DNA from: a phage
Sequence record: PV419677.1
Reading direction: 5' to 3' (one strand)
DNA: 64,000 bases
Of the stretch, positions 9,475-18,138 are shown one piece after another (position 1 is the first letter of the stretch; each line of letters begins with the position of its first letter). A program made the position numbers and the translations under genes. The notes beneath the pieces are model-generated. The model made no database searches. It worked only from the letters and a program-made list of their open reading frames with translations, and had not been told where the DNA came from.

Positions 9475-9843
9475 TTAACCTCGCTTCATGAAAGCATTAA
9501 AAATCTGGTCATCAATATCAGTAGGCGGTTCTTGAGATTTAACCCAGCCAGCATCCAGAATGTCATTTGCTTCAGTAGATAGCATGACCCCAATTTCAGG
9601 ATTTCCGGTTATCCACGCTGCACAATCGCGTACATTCTTTTTATCAAATGGATAGCCACGAGTATCTTCATAAGGCCCATTCATTACCATAAATGAGCGA
9701 GCCTTTATGATAACGCCATCTTTAACAATAATATAACCAATCGCCTGATTATAACGAGGCTCGCGGAATTCATAATGAGCATTACCATCATTATTTTTAA
9801 CTAATTCAAAATTCAGATAAGACAAATCGCTTTGAATATACAT
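9475..9843 (-). CDS. hypothetical protein, paralog A
   Basis: 122 aa; C-terminus DDQIFNAFMKRG shared with next gene. Confidence 0.55.
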   Translation of the reverse strand: MYIQSDLSYLNFELVKNNDGNAHYEFREPRYNQAIGYIIVKDGVIIKARSFMVMNGPYEDTRGYPFDKKNVRDCAAWITGNPEIGVMLSTEANDILDAGWVKSQEPPTDIDDQIFNAFMKRG

Positions 9844-9844
9844 A

Positions 9845-10282
9845 TTAATCTCGCTTCATAAAGGCATTAAAAATTTGGTCGTCAACTGAATATACAGGGG
9901 TTTCCAGAAGTTTCAAAAGACTGTTTTTAATGTACTTACCCGGGATACCCATATTAACAATACTGTCATTCAATTCATTGTTAGGATTGATGTCTTTAAA
10001 TTCAAACCCATCAAATTCAACCTTGTCAGGAATACCATCAGCGAAAAAATAAACCAATTGGTGCATTGTATTGCATGAAAATAATTTAGACTTGACTGCA
10101 ATAAGTTCTTGCCAATGGTTTAATTCTTTGTTAAGAAGCTTATGAGCAAACGTAATTCTATCATCACTATCAACAAGAAAATAACCCAGGTATTGAATTT
10201 CGTCGCTCCAAAACACCCGGTATGCCTGTGCATTTGGATTTTTACAGCGAAGTTTTTTGATAACTAAATTTCTGTTAATCAT
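9845..10282 (-). CDS. hypothetical protein, paralog B
   Basis: start trimmed to ATG 10280-10282; C-terminus DDQIFNAFMKRD. Confidence 0.55.
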   Translation of the reverse strand: MINRNLVIKKLRCKNPNAQAYRVFWSDEIQYLGYFLVDSDDRITFAHKLLNKELNHWQELIAVKSKLFSCNTMHQLVYFFADGIPDKVEFDGFEFKDINPNNELNDSIVNMGIPGKYIKNSLLKLLETPVYSVDDQIFNAFMKRD

Positions 10283-10283
10283 T

Positions 10284-10577
10284 TTATTCACCTGTAACCC
10301 ATTGAACAATTTTGCTATTGTCAAATGAAGCATCGCAATACAGAACATAGTTATACTGCATAACGTCACCAGAAGTCAATTGGTCAGATACTTCTTTAAC
10401 CATATCAGGGTGGTCACGTTTAGTTATGTTCATGATATCAGCATAAATCTGATGTTCAACATCAGTCTGGTCGGCAGTCATAGACCACTCACAAAGGTCT
10501 TTATCAAGTCCAGCAGTAACTGGAGCTGTACCACATGATGCTACGGTAAGAATTGCCGCGATTAATAACTTTTTCAT
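10284..10577 (-). CDS. putative lipoprotein
   Basis: 97 aa; signal peptide with lipobox-like TVASCG. Confidence 0.55.
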   Translation of the reverse strand: MKKLLIAAILTVASCGTAPVTAGLDKDLCEWSMTADQTDVEHQIYADIMNITKRDHPDMVKEVSDQLTSGDVMQYNYVLYCDASFDNSKIVQWVTGE

Positions 10578-10580
10578 TTC

Positions 10581-10640
10581 AATCTCCTCAGTAGTTGATA
10601 GGGATAATATACAGCATTACCCCTTTGTTGTACACTATTT
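10581..10640 (-). promoter_or_regulatory. T4-type early promoter with conserved leader
   Basis: AAAATAGTGTACAA ... TATATTATCCCTATCAACTACTGAGGAG. Confidence 0.45.
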
Positions 10641-10874
10641 TAATGCATCTTCCAGATAAATTTTGCGGAATTTGCGTTTTGTCTGACGAATCTGACGCTT
10701 GGTAGGTTTCACAGGAAATTCGAAGAACTCTACGTATTCTTGTTCATAATCATTGTGGCCGACTGAAAGAACTAGTTCCCAGCTGCTTACGGTGCGTTGG
10801 ATAAACATATTATGCTTACCAAAAGATTTATTCCAAAAAGAACTAGGGGTAGGTTTCATTAATGTGATATTCAT
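10635..10874 (-). CDS. hypothetical protein
   Basis: 79 aa; C-terminal PTKRQIRQTKRKFRKIY motif, also seen in 35232-35465. Confidence 0.45.
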   Translation of the reverse strand: MNITLMKPTPSSFWNKSFGKHNMFIQRTVSSWELVLSVGHNDYEQEYVEFFEFPVKPTKRQIRQTKRKFRKIYLEDALK

Positions 10875-11081
10875 TTAAATTTCCTCAATGCGGCGGGCAT
10901 CATATTCAAAAACTTTATTGTCATTAACAAAGGCTTTAACCAGCGCATTATTCACTTCTGCATACTGCACTGTAACCCATTCAATCATATTTTGGTCACT
11001 AACATCCAGCGCGGTTTCTTTGGTAAACATATTACCATTTTCAAACCAACCAATAAATACTACGTTTTCTAATTTATACAT
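10875..11081 (-). CDS. dmd: Dmd-like small protein (possible antitoxin against RnlA/LsoA-type toxins)
   Basis: 68 aa; VVFIGWF...MFTKE...YAEVNNALVKAF resembles remembered T4 Dmd (gene 61.5); lies in the 61.x cluster. Confidence 0.45.
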   Translation of the reverse strand: MYKLENVVFIGWFENGNMFTKETALDVSDQNMIEWVTVQYAEVNNALVKAFVNDNKVFEYDARRIEEI

Positions 11082-11399
11082 TTAGATTTCCTCGCAGAAG
11101 GCCCAGGCAGCGTGATAAACTGTTGCGCCTTTAGTATCATTTAAACAAACCACGTCAACCGGTGCAATCACACGATAAAGACGGGGTTCTCCTCCATATG
11201 AGCGGGCTGCTCTTCCTGCATAGATACGGGCCAAACCAATATCTTCAGTAAAAAACACACGCCCTAAATTTTTCTTGCGCCCAACTTCTGACAGAACACC
11301 AGTTGCATCAGGAGGGCAAAGCATATTTTGGATTCCAGCATTAGAGCTTGAGCCATGATAATAAACTTTGTATTCCGCCTTGCAATCAATAGTTTTCAT
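11082..11399 (-). CDS. small protein with PARP-like H-G-S motif
   Basis: 105 aa; VYYHGSSSNAGIQNML and GRVFFTED resemble the PARP/H-Y-E ART motifs HGS...AGIL and GKGIYFAD. Confidence 0.35.
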   Translation of the reverse strand: MKTIDCKAEYKVYYHGSSSNAGIQNMLCPPDATGVLSEVGRKKNLGRVFFTEDIGLARIYAGRAARSYGGEPRLYRVIAPVDVVCLNDTKGATVYHAAWAFCEEI

Positions 11400-11438
11400 T
11401 TTATTCTCCAGTAGTTGATAGAGTCATTATAACATAAG

Positions 11439-11460
11439 AAAAAGGGGCTGTAAGCCCCTT
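11439..11460 (-). terminator. intrinsic terminator hairpin
   Basis: minus strand GGGGC-TTACA-GCCCC followed by TTTTT. Confidence 0.55.
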
Positions 11461-11467
11461 TGTTCAC

Positions 11468-11770
11468 TTACGCCAACTCATAGTTGTGCATAGTCAGACA
11501 ACGAATTTTCCCAGTAGTTGGGTGCATAACAGTCACACTAATTGTGTAATCATCACACACGTTAACAAAAGGTTCAGCGATAACATATACTGCCCCACCC
11601 GCCAACAGGTATTCACGAAGAGAGCTGCGAACAGATGAAGGTTGAACATCGCTTTTGAGCTTTATTAATTTACCAGTTTGAATGCCTGATGCGATAAGAG
11701 CAGCACAGTTTTCATCACGGCGAGCGAATTGTCCAAAATAGTAACGATTCATGTCGGTTTGATTAAACAT
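11468..11770 (-). CDS. hypothetical protein
   Basis: 100 aa ORF downstream of gene 41. Confidence 0.5.
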   Translation of the reverse strand: MFNQTDMNRYYFGQFARRDENCAALIASGIQTGKLIKLKSDVQPSSVRSSLREYLLAGGAVYVIAEPFVNVCDDYTISVTVMHPTTGKIRCLTMHNYELA

Positions 11771-11819
11771 ATGGTTTTCCTTTTAACAGTTGGTTTATTG
11801 TGTAACTCAGTATGGAATC

Positions 11820-11856
11820 ATTATGTCCTAAGACAAGGGGCTTGTACACCCCTTTT
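11820..11856 (-). promoter_or_regulatory. T4-type early promoter
   Basis: GGTGTACAA -35, 17-nt spacer, CATAAT -10, then GATTCCATACTGAGTTAC leader. Confidence 0.5.
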
Positions 11857-11866
11857 TAAAAATATT

Positions 11867-13306
11867 TTAAAATTTCATTTGAGCAGCAAGGTCATCCAGG
11901 TCGCTCCTGTTGACCCTGGTTTGTCGATTCATTTCGGCCTGGCGATTCATCTCACCGGTGGCTTCTTTAACCGTAGGGCCTTGTTTAGGAGCCGAATCAT
12001 CATCAACCTCATACCAGCGCTGATTACCTTTCTTAACACCCATCTTGAATTTATTATAGTAGTTCTTATCACCATAACGAGACTTAAGCTGTTTGATTAA
12101 CTGCAGCCCCATTTGAGCGAATTCTTCGGTCTCAACAACACCCAACATAAAGTCAGCCGTGTGAGCAATACCAAAGGATTCTGCAATGTCAGCCATATCA
12201 ATCTCGGCTGCAACGTTAGCGCCCCTGGTTGTCTGCGCTGCAGTCCACAAGACCACATTTTTCTCAACTGCCAACCCACGAAGTTCTTCTGCAACCATCT
12301 TAATCAGACCGTAACTGTTTTCGGTAAACGTTTTCAGTCTTGAGCTTGCACAGATTGCCAGGTAGTCAACAATAATCACATCCGGTACAAACCCTTGCTT
12401 CAGTTTGTATTCGTTCAGTAATGCACGGAAAGTATCCGCATGAGCACCACCAGTTGGATATTGTTTTATCTTCAGAGTCCCAAGAGTCCCGGAAGCACGC
12501 CATTTTTCCATCTTAGCTTTATATTCTGCCCATGATATATGACCTTCATCAATATCATCCAGAGACACATCCAGCAAGTTGGCATCAATACGTTTGGCAC
12601 ATACTTCTTCGGCCATTTCCATGCTTATATAAAGAACGTTATGACCAGTCTGAAGATAGTCAGCCGCTAACGAACAAAGTCCTAGAGATTTCCCGACGTT
12701 TGTCCCGGCCAGTAAAACGTTCTCTGTACCATACTCAACTCCACCCTTCGTGATTTTATTCAGGATGTTAATGCGGAACGGAACCTTTTTCGATTTGTTC
12801 AGATAAGTCTGGAATCGAGCTTCGTAATCGTTTAACCAGTCATGGCCCAGGGCAGAGTCAAAACAGATAGATAATGCATCACGCATGATATCAGGGATAG
12901 CACCAATATCCGGGATTCGTTTATCACGTTTATCTTTCGGAAGTTCGGCATTGCTCTGGATTTCGATAATCCTGGATGTAGCATTGAACATCGCAGACTT
13001 CTGTACATACTTCTCGGTTTCTCTAACCAACCATTCCTGGTCTTCTGGAGTATCGGCCAAGACTCCTAAGAGTTTCTTGGTGCCTTCATATTCAACTTCA
13101 GAAAGGTCAGAACTGTCGAGCGCGATATCAAGTGCAGTCTTAGTTGGCACCGCCTGATATTCTTTTACGTGTTCGTTAATCGTATTAAAAAGGGTCTTCG
13201 CTGGACCCTTTTCAAAATATGTGCTATTCAGATATGGCCAGACTTTAACAAAATATTCCTTGTTAAAGAGCAGCTGGGATAAAATAGTTTCTACCACTTC
13301 CACCAC
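11867..13306 (-). CDS. 41: replicative DNA helicase gp41 (DnaB-like)
   Basis: 479 aa; Walker A GTNVGKS; colinear with remembered T4 gp41. Confidence 0.9.
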   Translation of the reverse strand: MVEVVETILSQLLFNKEYFVKVWPYLNSTYFEKGPAKTLFNTINEHVKEYQAVPTKTALDIALDSSDLSEVEYEGTKKLLGVLADTPEDQEWLVRETEKYVQKSAMFNATSRIIEIQSNAELPKDKRDKRIPDIGAIPDIMRDALSICFDSALGHDWLNDYEARFQTYLNKSKKVPFRINILNKITKGGVEYGTENVLLAGTNVGKSLGLCSLAADYLQTGHNVLYISMEMAEEVCAKRIDANLLDVSLDDIDEGHISWAEYKAKMEKWRASGTLGTLKIKQYPTGGAHADTFRALLNEYKLKQGFVPDVIIVDYLAICASSRLKTFTENSYGLIKMVAEELRGLAVEKNVVLWTAAQTTRGANVAAEIDMADIAESFGIAHTADFMLGVVETEEFAQMGLQLIKQLKSRYGDKNYYNKFKMGVKKGNQRWYEVDDDSAPKQGPTVKEATGEMNRQAEMNRQTRVNRSDLDDLAAQMKF

Positions 13307-13635
13307 CTCTTTTTCATTTTAATCTTATCAATTTCATCTTGTATTTGCATTGTAACACACTTTTCTACATGCACTGCAAGCTCCGCTTTGCGGTCTTCAG
13401 AAGGGGTGCCGAAATCAACTGAAACTTTTCCCGATGGTTCAATTTTAATTCCGGTTACGTACACAATGTGATTGGACCCATCAGGGAGTGATAACAGAAT
13501 TTCCTGCCGTACAGTTCCCATGGATTGCCGGATAATCTCCAAACTTTTTTCGTAGTAAGGTACAGAAGGAGCCTTAGCTCCCTCCGCATCTTTCTCGAAA
13601 TTATCTAAATCAGATAAATCGATATCATTCATCAA
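13291..13635 (-). CDS. hypothetical protein at the gene 40 position
   Basis: 114 aa between uvsX and 41; called by position only. Confidence 0.4.
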   Translation of the reverse strand: MMNDIDLSDLDNFEKDAEGAKAPSVPYYEKSLEIIRQSMGTVRQEILLSLPDGSNHIVYVTGIKIEPSGKVSVDFGTPSEDRKAELAVHVEKCVTMQIQDEIDKIKMKKRWWKW

Positions 13636-14803
13636 GGTCTTCCATCATATCTAAATCGTTTTCGATATCTGCCGCAGATGGTTTTGCCTTACCTTCGGGA
13701 GCAGAGTATTTTTCAACCTTGGAGGCAATAAGCGCATCAACCTCGGCGTCAACAACAGCATTGCTATCGATTGCACCCAGCTGGTAATGTCGTTTGATTG
13801 CATCACGGAAAGGTTCGTGCTTGAACAACGGACCCCAGAATTCGGTACAGTTAGTATCTTTTGCACGCCATGATTTTTCTTCGCGGACCATTTCACCGGT
13901 CTCAACATCAAGATATTCACGGTTATACCAACCAACTTTCGGTTTCACCACAAATCCGATTTCCATTGCCATATCAAGCAGGCCAGAATACGGGTCAATA
14001 CCCCCATCGAATTTTACATCAATGAAGAATTTACTTTTCTCTTTGACCATACGAGATTTTTCGGCGTTCAGAACAAATTGGAAACCTTCAAGTTCTTTAC
14101 CGGTTTCTTTAATCTGGCGTTTGCCGATAATGAATACGGTGTCCGCAGAATACATAACACCTGTACCACCGGTCATAACGGTTTTGCTGTACATCTCAAT
14201 CGTCTCGATTGTATGGTTAACCGCGACACAAGGAATATCCTTGATACTAAAATATGGGGTAACAATACGGAACAGAGATTTCAGGGATTTAGCACGAGTC
14301 ATATCACCAACGACTTTTTCGTTCATCGCATCTTCTGTTTCTTTTTTCGACGCCATGTTACCGATTGAGTCAATAAAGATAATGACTTTTTCACCGCGCT
14401 CAATTGCTTCAAGCTGGTTAACCATATCAACTTTCAATTGTTCAACCGACTGGATTGGTGTGTGGATAACACGCTCCGGGTCTACTTTCATTGCACGCAG
14501 ATAGGCCTCTGTGATACCAAATTCTGAATCGTAGAACAAACAGATTGCGTCGGGGTATTTGTTCATATATGCAGAGACCATCGTTAAACCCATATTGGAT
14601 TTAAAGTGTTTTGACGGACCAGCAAAAATAGTCAAACCTGACTGCATACCACCATCTAGTGCACCGCTGATTGCAATGTTCAGCATCGGGATTTTTGTAC
14701 GAACTACATCTTTATCATTAAAGAACTTGGACTTGGTAAGAGTCGCGGTCATTTTGGATGTAGAAGCTTTAATCAAACGGGATTTCAAATCTGCAATAGA
14801 CAT
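13625..14803 (-). CDS. uvsX: UvsX recombinase (RecA-like)
   Basis: 392 aa; near-colinear with remembered T4 UvsX (KSRLIKASTSK, GPSKxFKSN). Confidence 0.9.
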   Translation of the reverse strand: MSIADLKSRLIKASTSKMTATLTKSKFFNDKDVVRTKIPMLNIAISGALDGGMQSGLTIFAGPSKHFKSNMGLTMVSAYMNKYPDAICLFYDSEFGITEAYLRAMKVDPERVIHTPIQSVEQLKVDMVNQLEAIERGEKVIIFIDSIGNMASKKETEDAMNEKVVGDMTRAKSLKSLFRIVTPYFSIKDIPCVAVNHTIETIEMYSKTVMTGGTGVMYSADTVFIIGKRQIKETGKELEGFQFVLNAEKSRMVKEKSKFFIDVKFDGGIDPYSGLLDMAMEIGFVVKPKVGWYNREYLDVETGEMVREEKSWRAKDTNCTEFWGPLFKHEPFRDAIKRHYQLGAIDSNAVVDAEVDALIASKVEKYSAPEGKAKPSAADIENDLDMMEDLDE

Positions 14804-14888
14804 TCATTTTTTCCATAGGCACCATTATATTTTTCTCACAGGTTTAAGATAGGATAATTATATCACTGTATTTTTAGAGCAATTAATG

Positions 14889-15419
14889 TTAGTTAATACC
14901 TTGGCGTGCTTTCTCTTTAGCTACACATTTATTAATATAGCTCAGACGGTTTTGAGCAGAACGCTGATACATATCACGATACTCATTAGCTTTTGGAGAA
15001 CCAGCCTCTGCTGCCTGATAAGCTTCCGCGCGCATGATGTTTATCTGCATATTGATGTATGACATGCAGACCTGTGAAATCTGGTTAACAGTATCCAGGT
15101 CATTTTGGCGCTTGGTTTCTGCTTCCAGTTTAGCAATGATTTCGTCATGCTTCGCAGCTTGTTCGCGTTTGTACTCAATTTCACGTTGAGCATATTTCGC
15201 GCAGTTATTTCCACATTGATTGTTGTCGCGTTTGTAGATAAGTCCAGTACCACCTTTGAAATCAAAGGAACCATTATGCACCTGACGGTCTGCAGCAATT
15301 CGCGCTTTACCAATCTCATTGGCATTAACAACATCGCCCTGGTAAGCACAACCAGATAGCAGCATAACAGCTGCGATAGCTAACTTTTTCATTGTATTTT
15401 CCTCAATTAAAACATTCAT
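14889..15419 (-). CDS. putative lipoprotein
   Basis: 176 aa; signal peptide ending LSGC; occupies the slot where T4 carries beta-gt and 42. Confidence 0.5.
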   Translation of the reverse strand: MNVLIEENTMKKLAIAAVMLLSGCAYQGDVVNANEIGKARIAADRQVHNGSFDFKGGTGLIYKRDNNQCGNNCAKYAQREIEYKREQAAKHDEIIAKLEAETKRQNDLDTVNQISQVCMSYINMQINIMRAEAYQAAEAGSPKANEYRDMYQRSAQNRLSYINKCVAKEKARQGIN

Positions 15420-15542
15420 AGCGGGCTTGGAGTCCCAAAAATATCCAACCCAAAATTAAAGTTGGAGTCATATGTGGAGTCATTATTGCCCAATAGATTG
15501 ACATACTAAAAAATGCAATCAGTACAATAATTGTAATTATCT

Positions 15543-15785
15543 TCATTTGGTTTCCTTGATGATAATTACATGTGCATTTGATTTACGCTCAGCAACGAGT
15601 GCCCAGATAAATGCAATAAACCATCCGACCATTGTCCAACCTAACAGGAGGTTAACAAAGAAGATTCCGCAATTACTTTTGGTTCCTCGCAGTAGCGCGA
15701 TAATCCACGGCAGAAAATATGCCAGTGCAGCCAGGAAGAAAGAACCAGCACCAAGAACAACAGTACCTGCAATTAATGTTTCCAT
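15543..15785 (-). CDS. imm: superinfection immunity protein Imm-like
   Basis: 80 aa two-TM protein with NLLLGWTxVGW...IWAL motif; position upstream of gene 43. Confidence 0.6.
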   Translation of the reverse strand: METLIAGTVVLGAGSFFLAALAYFLPWIIALLRGTKSNCGIFFVNLLLGWTMVGWFIAFIWALVAERKSNAHVIIIKETK

Positions 15786-15857
15786 TTTAATATCCTTAAT
15801 TTAATCATCAGTAGTTGATGGAGTAATCATACGGCAATCCTTTGCTGTTGTAAACAC

Positions 15858-17267
15858 TTAAAAATCAAACATATCAAAAAGAGATGCTTTTTTCTCGTAA
15901 TCAACCTTAGCTGCTTCAGAGAACCCTGTTAACGGTTTGACAAAAGTCTTCTGGAACAGTGTGTTGTAGTCCATCCACTGCAAGACTTGGTCACGGATTT
16001 CAATCGGGAGTTCAATCCCAGATGGCCATGCAATCACGGTTTCACCAAACGGGTTGCCGACTTTAAGAGGAAGTACATACACCTTTTCCCCTTCCATGAT
16101 TTGTGGAACAGTCTTCAGACCTTTAGTTGCACGCATATATGCAAGCACACCTTTGATATGAGCCGGGCACTTAAATCCAGGGAAACCACCCTCATTATAT
16201 TTCTGAATGTTGTTAACCGATGATACACCTGCGATGGTCATGTAGTTAAGCTCATTAAATTCCTTATTGAATTCCTTGAAGTATGTCTGCAGAGATTCTT
16301 CACCTTCTTGCAGCATGCGACGGATACATTCTTTCAGAGCTTTCTGACATGCTTTTGGTGTGCTCGACTTTTGAGTTTCCAGACCCATGATTTTCAGTTT
16401 CGGAACAGCATATCGTGTGCCTTCCATATCGTACACATTCAGAGCATAACGCTTCTTCGCTGTCCAGAATCCACCAACACCTTTAGAACCAAGCGGAGGA
16501 CATGCAATCGCTTCACGGTCCATAAACATAAGGTGCTGTTTGTTGTTCATGTATTCAGCCAGTTCACGGAAAGCTTTATCGATTGCCGGTTCCAGACGGT
16601 CTTTCGCAAACTTGTCCATGAAGTCAACCAGGTGGTTTGTATCGCGGAATTTCGATTCGCCACCAACCTTTTTAATCAGGTTATCGCACTGGATATAAAT
16701 GGAGTCAGTATCGCCATAGAATACATATGTTTCACCACTTGTACCACAAACACTATCAAAATATTCGTTAACTTTACGCTCAATCCACTGCAATGCAAGT
16801 TGTCCGAAAGATGTAATCGCGGTTGCATTTCGCAGGTCAAAGTAACGGAACCAGATATTTCCCACAATTTTGTTCAGTTGAAGTCGTTAATTTCAACCCG
16901 GAATTATATCCAGCTGCATGTTGCCATGCAGAGCAGACTATATCATCATCTTTCGATGCCATGCGCTTCCAGCCACTTGGCTGTACTCCTTTCGGATAGT
17001 CGTTGCACGTTCCTATAATAGGCTTCGCTCAGGATTGTCTCATAGAGATGTCCCCTGAATTCACATGGTTTAAAGTGCGCCGGAATACTTGGTTAACGCA
17101 CCATAACAACTGTTGATAAGCAATTTGCGGTTAATCTGTGCAGTATTTGCCGCAATTTCTGCCATTTGCGAATTATGCAAATGACTTTCCAAATCCGCCC
17201 TTGATAATGTTTTTAAATATGCAATTTGCGAATCATCAAAATCTATATTATAATCAATATTCATCAT
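15858..17267 (-). CDS. 43: DNA polymerase C-terminal subunit gp43B, two exons: join(15858..16864, 17096..17267) if the intron is spliced
   Basis: exon 1 encodes motif B KLLINSCYGAL, exon 2 encodes GNIWFRY... and motif C YGDTDS; both in the same frame, separated by 231 nt with stops. Confidence 0.75.
16865..17095 (-). other. putative ORF-less group I intron in gene 43
   Basis: exon ends in U pairing with G of an internal GCGCAC guide; R-like CAACGACUAU and S-like GAUAUAGUC can form P7; GNRA hairpin CUGCAUG-GCAA-CAUGCAG; last nucleotide G. Confidence 0.6.
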
Positions 17268-18082
17268 TTATTCCTACAGTTATCAAAATGCCAACGTTTC
17301 ATGCCTGCTAATATACCTTCTTTTCCACAATGTGGACAAACTGCTTTAACCTCTTTTGCTTGTTTCCAATATTCCTTTCTGGCATCAGAAATAGCTTGAT
17401 TGTGTTCATCTGAATTTTTGTGTCCCAATCTGGTTTTAACGATATCTGGATTTTTAGCAACACGTTCTTTCATAAACTCAGATTTCGCTGCACGCATTTC
17501 TGGTGTCCAGGCATCGGAGCATTTTTGTTTGTGGTCGTCGGATATAGTTCCATTTTTCAGCACAGACTCATTGTTCTTATAATGTTCAATTAAACTTTGT
17601 GAACGTTTTTGACAAGTTTCTACCGAGTGTTTTGTTCCAGTATTTTTAATTGAGGCGATTTTAAAATTATCAATTGAAATTTTATTGTAATAATCTGGAT
17701 TTTGGGCCCGGGTATATTTGATACTATCGGAAACCTTTTTGGCAACTACTGGATTATGCATCGCATTTGGTAAATTTAAAGAATTGACATAATCCCACCC
17801 ACCTTTACCACCTGGGGTTAAATTATATGTGTCAGTACGTGTGATAAATTCATTATCAACTAATTTGGCTTCAAGTGCATATGCATCATCTTCGTTATCA
17901 AATTCAGCAATGATTGATTTGACCAGGTTATGCTTGCCATATTTTTCTTTCGCAGCTTTCACAATGGGACCCGAACCCAGATAATCATCCAACAAATTAT
18001 AAGATTCACATTTATGAACTCCAATGTAAATCTTATCGTTCACTAAATTTTTAATTTGATAAACAGTGTATACATTTTTCAT
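17264..18082 (-). CDS. GIY-YIG homing endonuclease (seg-like) inserted in gene 43
   Basis: 272 aa; N-terminal VYQIKNLVNDKIYIG, NLTPGGKGG; C-terminal zinc finger CPHCGKEGILAGMKRWHFDNC; own SD AAGGAG. Confidence 0.7.
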   Translation of the reverse strand: MKNVYTVYQIKNLVNDKIYIGVHKCESYNLLDDYLGSGPIVKAAKEKYGKHNLVKSIIAEFDNEDDAYALEAKLVDNEFITRTDTYNLTPGGKGGWDYVNSLNLPNAMHNPVVAKKVSDSIKYTRAQNPDYYNKISIDNFKIASIKNTGTKHSVETCQKRSQSLIEHYKNNESVLKNGTISDDHKQKCSDAWTPEMRAAKSEFMKERVAKNPDIVKTRLGHKNSDEHNQAISDARKEYWKQAKEVKAVCPHCGKEGILAGMKRWHFDNCRNK

Positions 18083-18104
18083 AATGTCTCCTTAATTTAA
18101 AAAT

Positions 18105-18138
18105 ATTTTAGCGCGCTTCCTTGCGCTTGTACAACTTA
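18105..18138 (-). promoter_or_regulatory. promoter-like element upstream of the gene-43 HEG
   Basis: TTGTACAA -35, 18-nt spacer, TAAAAT -10. Confidence 0.35.

Noticed and set aside
9078-9491. 137-aa plus-strand ORF
   Set aside because: Overlaps well-supported minus-strand small genes (9095-9262, 9282-9473); Pro/Ser-rich low-complexity translation.
12097-12343. Short ORFs on both strands inside gene 41
   Set aside because: Out-of-frame overlaps within a strongly supported helicase gene.
13794-14504. 236-aa plus-strand ORF
   Set aside because: Lies entirely antisense within uvsX, low-complexity composition; shadow ORF.
16308-17018. 236-aa plus-strand ORF
   Set aside because: Antisense to gene 43B and the intron; Cys/Phe-rich low-complexity translation; no SD.
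16865-17095. Translational bypass (gene 60-style hop) or an intein as the explanation for the interruption in gene 43
   Set aside because: The gap contains several in-frame stops and no matching take-off and landing codons, so an intein or hop is unlikely; it shows P1 with U-G, R/S elements and a terminal G consistent with a group I intron.
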